64,000 nucleotides of DNA from Clostridiales bacterium (GTDB lineage: Bacteria > Bacillota > Clostridia > Christensenellales > CAG-138), in assembly GCA_009779405.1 (NCBI GenBank), contig WREI01000005.1, positions 2,166 to 66,165 on the forward strand, read 5' to 3'. This document shows, piece after piece, positions 17,576 to 25,921 of this stretch; the stretch's first letter is position 1; each line of letters opens with the position of its first letter. The notes below the pieces were generated by a model. It ran no database searches and had not been told where the DNA came from. It worked only from the letters and a program-made list of their open reading frames with translations. The position numbers and the translations under genes were made by a program.

Positions 17576-19216
17576 TTATCCGTCCAACACGCGGATTATG
17601 CCGGGTATAAAGTCGTCTCTGTTTTCGACAAAGAACGGAACGAGCAGGATATCCTGTAAAAACCGGGACCTTCCGCCATAGCCGAGCTGATTGCGCAGTT
17701 CGCCCAGAAACCACATCTGCGCGGTCTGCCCGCCATCTAAATTGTACGCGATGCGGCAGCCGTAATCCTTCATCAGTTCGGCAAGCTCATCCATGCGCAA
17801 ACCGCTGGATCGCCCGTTGCCCGCTTCCACAAGCACCCAAATATAATGCCCCGGTTCAAAATAGCCGAACACCATGCGTTGGTTGCGCGCGCCGTAATGC
17901 CCCGAATCCAAGGTCGGGGAGCTTTTCTGCAGAACGGGGAATTCCTTTCGCGGCTGCCCGGTTGCATCCAGCAGAATGGGGCCGAAGGAGAGCAGCTGCC
18001 AAATATTCCTGTCCTCTACAACGGTCGCGTCATATTCCCCTATCCCCATCGTGGCGACCGTGCCGTCCCGGTAGAGGATGAAAATATCGTATTCGGGGTC
18101 TACTGTGCCGCGTATCACATCGCTGTTGCGCACACTCAAGCCATATTTGCGGTTGTGGTAAAAGTCTCCCGAGATCGCCGCAATCGCGTTGCTCTTTTCC
18201 GCAAGCTGGGGCAGGCGCAGCCGCCAGTCTTTCTTGTCGGGATACCACAGGTAACTGCGAAGATCCACGATTTCCTGCACATAAATATCGATCCTGTGAA
18301 TGAATTGCTGGTTGAATTTTCCGTCCTTGTCCGTTACTTCGGTGCTGTAAAACAGTGCGATGGTATCCGTTTGATAGCTGTCTTCCGTTATCACCACTTC
18401 CCCATCGGTGAACACATCAAAGCGGCCGCCGCAGAGACCGGAGGGCGTCGGCTCGGGCGTTGGGGTCGGCTTGGGCGTCGGTTCGGGCGTCAGCGTCGGG
18501 TTGGGGGCGGGCGTTTCGACTGCGGGCGTGGGATCCGCCGTTACGACAATGACAGGCCTTGCGGCGGCGGGCAGCACGATTATCAATACGATGCAAGCCA
18601 CGCAGATAAAAGCGATGCAGGCCGCGGTGACCCAGAAACGCTTGTCCCTATGCGTAAAAAAAGCCACCGTCCGCTTCACGGCGGCAATGGCGGCGTGCTT
18701 AATCCGGCTTGCGGCAGCGGGAACGGTCTTCTTCAGCCGGCTCAGGGCAGAGAGAACGGTTTTCCGAATCCATTTGGCAGCGGCAATGCTTGCTTTTTTA
18801 ATCCACTTGGCTACAGATACACTTGCTCTCTTGACCCATTTGGCGACGGTGACGCTTGCTTTCTTGACCCACTTGGCGACGGCGACGCTTGCTTTCTTAA
18901 TCCATTTCGCGGTGGATATGCTTGTTTTCTTAATCCATTTAGCTACGGCAACGCTTGCCTTCTTAATCCACTTCGCGGTGGATATGCTTGTTTTCTTAAT
19001 CCATTTAGCTACGGCAACGCTTGCCTTCTTAATCCACTTCGCGGTGGATATGTTTGTTTTCTTAATCGATTTGGCGGCAGCAATACTTGCCTTCTTCACC
19101 CATTTTGCGCAAGCAATAGAGAAATCCGCAATTGAAAACCGGCGCTGTCCTGCATCCGTCTTGCGGCGACGCTCGGGGGTCTCTCGTTTCTTGTGAATGT
19201 GCTTCCAAAATTTCAT
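17576..19216 (-). CDS. phosphodiester glycosidase (DUF2233/NAGPA-like) membrane protein with N-terminal 11-residue tandem repeats
   Basis: AISGDFY and YNLDGGQTAQM motifs in the C-terminal domain; TM; about 12 copies of AKWIKKASVAV-type repeat at the N-terminus. Confidence 0.75.
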   Translation of the reverse strand: MKFWKHIHKKRETPERRRKTDAGQRRFSIADFSIACAKWVKKASIAAAKSIKKTNISTAKWIKKASVAVAKWIKKTSISTAKWIKKASVAVAKWIKKTSISTAKWIKKASVAVAKWVKKASVTVAKWVKRASVSVAKWIKKASIAAAKWIRKTVLSALSRLKKTVPAAASRIKHAAIAAVKRTVAFFTHRDKRFWVTAACIAFICVACIVLIIVLPAAARPVIVVTADPTPAVETPAPNPTLTPEPTPKPTPTPEPTPSGLCGGRFDVFTDGEVVITEDSYQTDTIALFYSTEVTDKDGKFNQQFIHRIDIYVQEIVDLRSYLWYPDKKDWRLRLPQLAEKSNAIAAISGDFYHNRKYGLSVRNSDVIRGTVDPEYDIFILYRDGTVATMGIGEYDATVVEDRNIWQLLSFGPILLDATGQPRKEFPVLQKSSPTLDSGHYGARNQRMVFGYFEPGHYIWVLVEAGNGRSSGLRMDELAELMKDYGCRIAYNLDGGQTAQMWFLGELRNQLGYGGRSRFLQDILLVPFFVENRDDFIPGIIRVLDG

Positions 19217-19262
19217 GCGGCTGAATCCTTGTAATTAGTATTATGCGACAAAATTCGCGCAA

Positions 19263-19291
19263 ATTATAACACGGAGAGGACCTGTGGTCAA
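19263..19291 (-). promoter_or_regulatory. promoter TTGACC-17-TATAAT (TGT-extended) for 17576-19216
   Basis: Minus strand TTGACC 19291-19286, TATAAT 19268-19263, TG at -15/-14. Confidence 0.7.
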
Positions 19292-19343
19292 CCATACTGT
19301 AACAAAAGCCAACAAAAGTTTCGAGTACTTCGAATGGTCGTCC

Positions 19344-20099
19344 CTACCATAAAATCGGCGCCCGCAGTTCCCCCTGCACAAACCTCGCCATGGGGCGCAT
19401 CTTGAACGCGTTGGCGGCGTGGCGCGCGTCTATTTTTTGTCGGATGGCGGGATCGTCGCAGACGCCCTCGCGGATATATCTGTCGAGCACGGCATAGGTG
19501 AAACCCAGATTGTCCTCATCGCTCCTGTCCGTCAATCCGTCCGCTGGGATTTTGTCCACGAGCAGCGCGGGCAAACCGAGCGCGTGGCCGACGGCGACGA
19601 CCTCGGTCGCGGTCAGGCTTGCCAGCGGCGAGAAATCGCCCGCCGCGTCACCGTAAAGCGTGGAATAGCCGACATAGTCCTCCGAGAGGTTGCAGGTGTT
19701 GGCCACGCGCCCGTTGACGGACTGGGAGACGGCATAGAGCGTCGCCATGCGCAAGCGCGGCGCGAGATTCACGCGCGCCCAACCCGAGACCAGTATATGC
19801 GCGCCCAACTCCTCGTCGACGGCACGGAAGGCGTCGGCAATGTTTGCGGTGAAGTGCTCAATCCCCAAATGCAGCGCCAGACAGCGCGCATCGGCAATAT
19901 CCCGCTGCACGCCGTTGGGCATCAGCACGCCCAGGACGCGCGCGCGCCCCAGCGCCTCCACGCAGAGCGCGGCGACAACGGAGGAATCCTTGCCGCCCGA
20001 AATGCCGATCACCGCGCGGCAACCCTCTCCGTTCGCGGCAAACCAGTCGCGTATCCACGCAACTGCCGCATTCTTCACTTGTTCCGCATCAAATTTCAT
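19344..20099 (-). CDS. nadE: NH3-dependent NAD+ synthetase
   Basis: GISGGKDSSVVAAL PP-loop motif; length 251 aa. Confidence 0.9.
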   Translation of the reverse strand: MKFDAEQVKNAAVAWIRDWFAANGEGCRAVIGISGGKDSSVVAALCVEALGRARVLGVLMPNGVQRDIADARCLALHLGIEHFTANIADAFRAVDEELGAHILVSGWARVNLAPRLRMATLYAVSQSVNGRVANTCNLSEDYVGYSTLYGDAAGDFSPLASLTATEVVAVGHALGLPALLVDKIPADGLTDRSDEDNLGFTYAVLDRYIREGVCDDPAIRQKIDARHAANAFKMRPMARFVQGELRAPILW

Positions 20100-20151
20100 A
20101 CAGAATTCTTTCGTGTGCTTTACATAGCTTGTCCCGTTGTGAGGGAGTTAT

Positions 20152-20266
20152 GAGCGAATAGTGAAGCGTTAAGAGTTGTGGTGGAAATTCCGCAGGAATT
20201 TCCAATTAAATTTTGGAATCGCTTGCGATACCTTCCGCAACTCTTAACTCTTCACTTTTTACTCAC
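20152..20266. repeat. composite palindromic element, family A
   Basis: L arm 20152-20181; inner hairpins GGAAATTCCGCAGGAATTTCC 20183-20203 and GGAATCGCTTGCGATACC 20215-20232; R arm 20235-20266 covers the tmcAL stop. Confidence 0.85.
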
Positions 20267-21468
20267 ACAATCACAATCCCCTCCGTATCCCGATGCAGCT
20301 TCACGCCCTGCGCGTAGCCCAACAGGTCGGTGGTGAGGGTGTCGGCCGCGAAGGAGTGGACGCTGGCGGGGTGCTTGTCTATCTTGCGCAGGTCGGAATT
20401 GCGCGCAATGACGGGGACGGGGCAGGCCGTCGCCATACCCGAGAGCAGGTTACGCGCGCGGCTCTGAATGCCCAACACCTTCACATAATCGTTGCTGGCC
20501 AGGGCCATATCCCGCGTCAGATCCGCGCTGATGCCCAAGAGCGCACAGCAGGCCATGCGCTTGATGCGCGCCATCGTATAGCGCTTGCTCTTCACGGTTT
20601 CATAGAAGGCGGCGAGGTTCGCGCAGTCCCGCGCGGCGCGGAAAATGACGTTCTCAATCCCCTCGCCCGCGCCCGGCAGGGCTGCCAACTCCTCCTTTTC
20701 CATCGTGCGCAGTTTATAGAGTATCATCGCTTCCACGGTGCGCTCCGCCGTCACCATGGCGTTGTTGAAGCGCAGGGCGCCGCCCACAAAGAGGGGTACG
20801 GAATCCAGCGCCGCCTCGTCGCCACAGCGCAGGGCTTCGCGTATGGCTGAGCCCGAGGAGATGGCGCCGCGCAGGGCGGCGTCGTGGTGGGCGCTGCCCC
20901 GGCGCAGTACGGGTACGGGGCGTATCTGGGGCGCGTATTTTTTCAGGGCGCGCAGGTATTCGATTGCCAATATATTGTTGGGCTTTTCCAACTCCGAAAG
21001 GTAATACCTATCCAAACCCATCTCGGCAAAGGCATCGGTTCGCGCGCGGGGGTAGGCCTTGCCCTGCGCGAGATGTTTTGCCAGCAGTTCCTTATATTGC
21101 GGACTCTCATTGTCGCTGATATCGGCCAGGTATTGCAGCAGCTGCAAGTTGTCACATTCGCAGCCAAAGGGCAAATGGGTGACCAACCCCGTATTGGCCA
21201 GCGCCCGTACCGCGCCCGCCGCAAACTGTTCGGCAGGGGCCAACGCATGTACGGCGGGGATCTCGAGAACTAAGGTCGCGCCCGCCTGCAAGGCCCATTC
21301 CGCGCGCGTATATTTGTCCGCGCAGGCCAACTCCCCGCGCTGGACAAAGTTGCCGCTCATCGCGACGACGCAGAGATCCGCACCCGTCAGGCGGCGGCTC
21401 TCCTCCATATGATAGATATGTCCGTTGTGCAGCGGGTTGTATTCCGCGATAATGCCAATGGTTTTCAT
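20263..21468 (-). CDS. tmcAL: tRNA(Met) cytidine acetate ligase (UPF0348/YlbM family)
   Basis: MKTIGIIAEYNPLHNGHIYH nucleotidyltransferase motif; AGGAG RBS; start 23 codons inside ORF 20263-21537. Confidence 0.85.
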   Translation of the reverse strand: MKTIGIIAEYNPLHNGHIYHMEESRRLTGADLCVVAMSGNFVQRGELACADKYTRAEWALQAGATLVLEIPAVHALAPAEQFAAGAVRALANTGLVTHLPFGCECDNLQLLQYLADISDNESPQYKELLAKHLAQGKAYPRARTDAFAEMGLDRYYLSELEKPNNILAIEYLRALKKYAPQIRPVPVLRRGSAHHDAALRGAISSGSAIREALRCGDEAALDSVPLFVGGALRFNNAMVTAERTVEAMILYKLRTMEKEELAALPGAGEGIENVIFRAARDCANLAAFYETVKSKRYTMARIKRMACCALLGISADLTRDMALASNDYVKVLGIQSRARNLLSGMATACPVPVIARNSDLRKIDKHPASVHSFAADTLTTDLLGYAQGVKLHRDTEGIVIV

Positions 21469-21498
21469 GGGGGGACTCCTTTTGGGCGGGGGTTTTCC

Positions 21499-21522
21499 GT
21501 AGGGGCGCGATATATCGCGCCC
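21499..21522 (+). repeat. stand-alone REP-like unit GTAGGGGCGCGATATATCGCGCCC
   Basis: GTAG followed by the perfect palindrome GGGCGCGATATATCGCGCCC; in a divergent intergenic gap. Confidence 0.6.
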
Positions 21523-21649
21523 TGCAGCATATTCCATGTATTTCGGGAAGATCGACAGTTAGTATATCATTTTTCGCGCGGATATGGTACAATTTCAGGC
21601 AGAAAATATTGCAATCCCGTGCATAAAGCAATTCAAAGGAAGACAGCGC

Positions 21650-22153
21650 ATGAAAATCGGAAGGGAAAATGAAAAATTAGAATTCAAGAAGACCACTGCC
21701 GAGCTGAAAGAGGGCGTTATCTCGATGGCGGCCATTCTGAATAAGCACGGCGGCGGCGAGCTGTATTTCGGCGTCCGCAATGATGGTACGCCACTCGGGC
21801 AGATGCTGTCCGATAAAACCCTGCGTGATGTCAGCCAGGCGGTTTCCAATCATATTGAGCCCAAAGTGCATCCCCAAATCTCAGAACTTGTGATTTTCTA
21901 CCGATCGGATGATCTGAGTTATTCCGAGGTTTATTCCGAATTTTCTTCACATAACCCCGTCGGTATAAATGAGATGCAGCAGAAGATAATGGCATTATTG
22001 ACAGAGAATCCGAAGCTCACCGCGCAAAAACTCAGTGAACAATTAGGGATCACCCCGCGCCAAATTGAAACAAATATCAAAGCGCTCAAAGACGCCGGGA
22101 AGATAGAACGGGCGGGCGCAAACAGAAACGGCTATTGGATTGTGAAAATATGA
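21650..22153 (+). CDS. AlbA_2/Schlafen-type DNA-binding domain fragment fused to a winged HTH (probably internally deleted)
   Basis: MKIGRENEKLEFKKT..GGELYFGV is AlbA_2-like; C-terminus LTAQKLSEQLGITPRQIETNIKALK is an HTH; relatives are usually much longer; visibly lower GC. Confidence 0.55.
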   Translation: MKIGRENEKLEFKKTTAELKEGVISMAAILNKHGGGELYFGVRNDGTPLGQMLSDKTLRDVSQAVSNHIEPKVHPQISELVIFYRSDDLSYSEVYSEFSSHNPVGINEMQQKIMALLTENPKLTAQKLSEQLGITPRQIETNIKALKDAGKIERAGANRNGYWIVKI

Positions 22154-22782
22154 CCCCCGTCACACTGATTTACGGAACCGGGAATCCGGCGAAATTAGAA
22201 CATATGCGGAAAATGCTTGCGCCGCTCCCTGTTGCGATACTTGGGTTGCGTGAGCTTGGTATTGCGACGCCCGAACCGGAAGAAAGCGGCAGCACGCCCT
22301 TGGAGAATGCGCGCATTAAGGCGTTGGCATACTATCATGCGTTGCGGCAGCCCGTCTTTGCCTGCGATTCGGGGTTGTATATTGAAGGGTTGCCCGAGGA
22401 TTTGCAGCCGGGTGTGCATGTGCGCATAAAAGAGGGAAAGCGCATGAACGACGCGGAGATGATCGCCCACTACGCCGCGCTGGTCCGCAGCTTGGGCGGC
22501 AGGGCTGTGGCGCGCTATAAGAACGCAATTTGCCTCGTGACGGGCGAGAATGAAATCCACGAGCACTTCGGGGACGATATCTCCGGCGATACGTTTTATC
22601 TCGTGGATACGCCACACGCCAAACACGCGGAGGGCTTCCCCTTGGATTGCCTGTCGGTGCACATCGAAAGCGGCGAATACTATTATGACAGGGAAGGTCT
22701 GCGGAGCGAGAGTATAGGCATGTGCGAAGGCTTTCAGGCGTTTTTTATGGCGCTCTTCCCGGAACACCACACCGCCCCGTGA
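22150..22782 (+). CDS. Ham1/RdgB-like non-canonical NTP pyrophosphatase
   Basis: IYGTGNPAKLEHM N-terminal motif; ATGA overlap with the upstream stop. Confidence 0.6.
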   Translation: MTPVTLIYGTGNPAKLEHMRKMLAPLPVAILGLRELGIATPEPEESGSTPLENARIKALAYYHALRQPVFACDSGLYIEGLPEDLQPGVHVRIKEGKRMNDAEMIAHYAALVRSLGGRAVARYKNAICLVTGENEIHEHFGDDISGDTFYLVDTPHAKHAEGFPLDCLSVHIESGEYYYDREGLRSESIGMCEGFQAFFMALFPEHHTAP

Positions 22783-22790
22783 ATAATACC

Positions 22791-22814
22791 GTAGGGGCGG
22801 ATAGCAATACGCCC
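22791..22814 (+). repeat. stand-alone REP-like unit GTAGGGGCGGATAGCAATACGCCC
   Basis: Near-identical inverted copy at 24290-24314. Confidence 0.6.
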
Positions 22815-22841
22815 ACCGAATACCATAAAAAGGAGCACCCC

Positions 22842-23837
22842 ATGTCACTACTGCAACAAATCATCGAAAAAGCCAAGTCAAACAAAAAGCACGTATTGCT
22901 GCCCGAGGGCGGCGAACGGCGCACCCTGCTGGCGGCGGCGCGCATCCACGCCGAGGGCATAGCCCGCGTCACCCTGCTGGGCAATGCGGACGTCATCCGC
23001 ACAAACGCACTGACGGCGGGCGCGGATATCGCGGGAATCGAAATCGTCGATCCCACTACCGACCCGCGCCACGAAGCCTTTTCAAATGCGTTCTATGAGA
23101 TGCGCAAGGACAAGGGCGTGAGCAAGGAGGGGGCGTGCGCGACCCTGCGCGACCCGATGTTCTTTGCCGCCATGCTGGTGAAGCAGGGTTATGCCGACGG
23201 CTTTGTGTCGGGCGCGGTGCATACGACGGGCGACACCCTGCGCCCCGGCCTGCAAATCATCAAGACCGCGCCGGGCGTGAAGACCGTCTCGGGCGCGTTT
23301 ATTATGGAATTCGCGGATACGAATCTGGGTGACAACGGGCTGCTGATTTTCGCCGACTGCGCGGTCAACCCCGATCCCGACGCACGGCAGCTGGCGGAAA
23401 TAGCGATCTCCTCCGCCCAAACCGCGCAGAGTCTCTGTGGGCTCACCCCCCGCGTGGCAATGCTCAGTTTTTCCACCAAGGGCAGCGCCAAGCACGCGAA
23501 TGTCGACAAGGTGCGCGAAGCGACGCGCATCGCGCGCGAACTCGCGCCGGAACTGATGCTGGACGGCGAATTGCAGGCCGACGCCGCGCTGGTACCCGAT
23601 GTGGGGCAGTTGAAATCGCCCGGCTCCACCACGGCAGGTTATGCCAACGTCCTCGTCTTCCCCGACCTGCAGGCGGGCAATATCGGCTATAAATTGGTGC
23701 AGCGTCTCGCGGGTGCCGCCGCCGTCGGCCCCATCTGCCAGGGTTTCGCCGCACCCGTCAATGACCTCTCGCGCGGCTGTTCGGTGGAGGATATTGTGCA
23801 TTTGGTGGCGATTACGGCGGTGCAGGGGCAACGTTAA
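22842..23837 (+). CDS. pta: phosphate acetyltransferase
   Basis: MSLLQQIIEKAKSNKKHVLLPEG..; VSGAVHTTGDTLRP; AAGGAG RBS. Confidence 0.9.
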   Translation: MSLLQQIIEKAKSNKKHVLLPEGGERRTLLAAARIHAEGIARVTLLGNADVIRTNALTAGADIAGIEIVDPTTDPRHEAFSNAFYEMRKDKGVSKEGACATLRDPMFFAAMLVKQGYADGFVSGAVHTTGDTLRPGLQIIKTAPGVKTVSGAFIMEFADTNLGDNGLLIFADCAVNPDPDARQLAEIAISSAQTAQSLCGLTPRVAMLSFSTKGSAKHANVDKVREATRIARELAPELMLDGELQADAALVPDVGQLKSPGSTTAGYANVLVFPDLQAGNIGYKLVQRLAGAAAVGPICQGFAAPVNDLSRGCSVEDIVHLVAITAVQGQR

Positions 23838-23901
23838 TCTCCGTTGCTTGCGGCAACGCAGGCCCATGGCATACACTGGCGGCGAAAAGGAGGTGTTTTA
23901 T

Positions 23902-24045
23902 ATGTTTGCACAAAATCTGAAAACACTTAGAAAAACCAAGGGCTACTCCCAAGAGGAGTTGGCCATACGCCTGTACGTCATCCGCCAAACCGTCAGCAAG
24001 TGGGAAAAGGGCCTGTCCGTGATAGAGCAGATCGCCTGCCTGTAG
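23902..24045 (+). pseudogene. XRE-family HTH gene fragment (47 codons)
   Basis: MFAQNLKTLRKTKGYSQEELAIRLYVIRQTVSKWEKGLSV is an HTH_3 motif that ends abruptly; AAGGAGG RBS. Confidence 0.65.
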
Positions 24046-24050
24046 CCGTC

Positions 24051-24206
24051 TCACCGCCGTTTATACTGGGGACGCTCGAAATCCTTGCCGCTCTGCTTGT
24101 CCGTATTGATTTGAGCCTGTGGGATTTGCAATTCCCGCAGGGCGGCAAGTTGCCTGTCGTCGTTTTGGTCGCCGCTGCTGACGCGGATATAGGCGTAGAT
24201 CTTCAT
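24051..24206 (-). pseudogene. serine recombinase (resolvase/invertase) N-terminal fragment (51 codons)
   Basis: Hand translation MKIYAYIRVSSGDQNDDRQLAALRELQIPQAQINTDKQSGKDFERPQYKRR; the YxRVSxxxQ catalytic motif is present and the rest is missing. Confidence 0.7.
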
Positions 24207-24245
24207 TTTTTTCGCTCCTTTTTTTTACATTGTAGCAAACAAAAT

Positions 24246-24272
24246 AGCGGCTGTCCGATTCGGAAAGCCGCT
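24246..24272 (-). terminator. intrinsic terminator downstream of trpS
   Basis: AGCGGCT/AGCCGCT stem, followed on the minus strand by ATTTTGTTT. Confidence 0.6.
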
Positions 24273-24289
24273 GTATGCATGCAAATCGC

Positions 24290-24314
24290 GGGCGTATTGC
24301 TATCGCGCCCCTAC
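24290..24314 (-). repeat. stand-alone REP-like unit GTAGGGGCGCGATAGCAATACGCCC (minus strand)
   Basis: Overlaps the trpS stop codon; inverted partner of 22791-22814. Confidence 0.6.
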
Positions 24315-25315
24315 ATATCCAGCCCCAGCTTCCGATACACCTTCCGCAAAGTCCTGCGCCCGGCGGCGGAGGCCTTTTCCGCGCCGCTGCGGAGTAGGGC
24401 GTTGAGATGTTCCTTATCCGCGAGCAGGCGGGCATATTCGGCCTGCACGGGTGCGAGGGCGCTTTGCACGGCGTCGGTGACGGCCTGTTTCAGCTGTCCG
24501 TAGCCTTGCCCCGCAAATTCCGCCGCGGCGTCCACGGCGCTTTGGCCCTTGCAGGCGGCATAGATGGTCAACAGATTGGAGACGCCCGGGCGATGCTCGG
24601 GATCGAACTCGATCACGCCGTCGCTGTCGGTCACCGCGCGTTTGATCTTGCGGGCAACGGTGTCGTTGTCGTCGGTCATGCTGATATAGGCGTTCGGGTT
24701 CTCGTCCGACTTGCTCATCTTCTTGGTCGGATCCTGCAGGCTCATAATGCGCGCGCCGTATTTGGGGATGAACGGCTCGGGCACGGCAAAGGTCTCGCCG
24801 TAGGCGTTGTTGAAGCGGATGGCAATGTCCCGCGCCAATTCGACGTGCTGCTTCTGGTCGGCGCCTACGGGCACGCCGTTCGCATTGTAGAGCAATATGT
24901 CTGCCGCCATCAGCGAGGGGTAGGTAAACAGGCCCGCGTTGATATTCTCCTGCTTGGCGCTCTTGTCCTTGAACTGGGTCATGCGCGAAAGCTCGCCCAT
25001 ATAGGTATGGCAGGTCAAAAGCCAGGCCAGCACGCTGTGCTCCGGCACCTGCGACTGAATAAACAGCGTGGCGCGCTCGGGATTGACGCCGCAGGCCAAT
25101 ATCATGGCCGCGAGATTGCGGATATTGCGGCGCAGCTCGGCAGGGTTTTGCCGCACAGTGAGCGCGTGCAGATCGGCCACGGCATAATAACAATTATCCG
25201 TTTGCGACATAATCGCCCAGTTTTTCATCGCGCCCAGATAGTTGCCGAGCGTCATGCCGCCGCTGGGTTGCATGGCGGAGAGGATGGTGCGGGGTTGGTT
25301 GGGGGTGGTTTCCAT
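24311..25315 (-). CDS. trpS: tryptophan--tRNA ligase
   Basis: GGMTLGNYLGA (HIGH-type) and KMSKSD motifs; 334 aa. Confidence 0.95.
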   Translation of the reverse strand: METTPNQPRTILSAMQPSGGMTLGNYLGAMKNWAIMSQTDNCYYAVADLHALTVRQNPAELRRNIRNLAAMILACGVNPERATLFIQSQVPEHSVLAWLLTCHTYMGELSRMTQFKDKSAKQENINAGLFTYPSLMAADILLYNANGVPVGADQKQHVELARDIAIRFNNAYGETFAVPEPFIPKYGARIMSLQDPTKKMSKSDENPNAYISMTDDNDTVARKIKRAVTDSDGVIEFDPEHRPGVSNLLTIYAACKGQSAVDAAAEFAGQGYGQLKQAVTDAVQSALAPVQAEYARLLADKEHLNALLRSGAEKASAAGRRTLRKVYRKLGLDM

Positions 25316-25331
25316 GGGGGCTCCTTTTTTT

Positions 25332-25427
25332 GAGTGGAAAGTGGAAAGATGAAAGAGGAAAGATCATGTTATTCCCATACGCTTCACCTGCTCTATCTTT
25401 CCGCTTTCCACTTTCAGTTTTCCTCTT
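25332..25427 (-). repeat. composite palindromic element, family B, core reverse
   Basis: L arm 25332-25363; core is the reverse complement of GATAGAGCAGGTGAAGCGTATGGG..; R arm 25396-25427; fills the gap between the rnpB 3' end and the trpS RBS. Confidence 0.85.
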
Positions 25428-25430
25428 AAA

Positions 25431-25911
25431 TTGCGAGTGTTTCATAAGCCGGGTTCTGTATACACCTTTCGGTGACAGTGCTTATCTATCTGGGCGCGCC
25501 GTTGCCTGACGCGCTCGGCGCGGTTACCGGGAACGCGGCGGGCCGCCGTTATCCCAATATGCCATAGGCATATTGCATTCCCATATCAACCTTGCACCGC
25601 GTGGGGTTTACACAGCGGGTCTCGTCGCCGAGACCCCGGTGCGCTCTTACCGCACCTTTTCATCCTTACCCAGCACCTAATTTGGCATACAGCTTGTTTG
25701 AATTTGTGACTTCTCTTATGCCAAATTAGGCGCCGGGCGGTTCTTTTCTGTTGCACTTTCCCTGAGGTCGCCCTCGCCGGATGTTATCCGGCACGCTGCC
25801 CTGTGGTGCCCGGACTTTCCTCCCGGCACCTGTTTGCGAACAAGAGATGTTCGAATCCCATGCAGTTCTGTTCGCAAATAGGTGCCGGGCAAGCACCTGA
25901 AACACTCGCAA
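25431..25911 (-). ncRNA. rnpB: RNase P RNA, bacterial type A (ends +/-10 nt)
   Basis: Minus strand carries GGGAGGAAAGTCCGGGCAC, GAAAAGGTGCGGTAAGAGCGCACC and ACAGAACCCGGCTTAT; 14-bp P1 pairs TTGCGAGTGTTTCA with TGAAACACTCGCAA; downstream of nif3 and the zinc-ribbon gene. Confidence 0.9.
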
Positions 25912-25921
25912 ATTTATAGTT

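Noticed and set aside
25194-25445. Small ORFs that run through element arms. Examples: 25194-25445 minus, 7028-7459 minus, 8627-8962 plus, 35867-36187 plus, 1107-1505 minus.
   Set aside because: Their sequences (KRKTESGKRK, ERGKRKGERGK and similar) are simply translations of the GGAAAG word repeats. They have no RBS and overlap better-supported genes.
25316-25921. T-box riboswitch leader expected upstream of trpS.
   Set aside because: No specifier or T-box (AGGGTGGTACCGCG-like) sequence was found. The region is instead occupied by RNase P RNA and a family B element.
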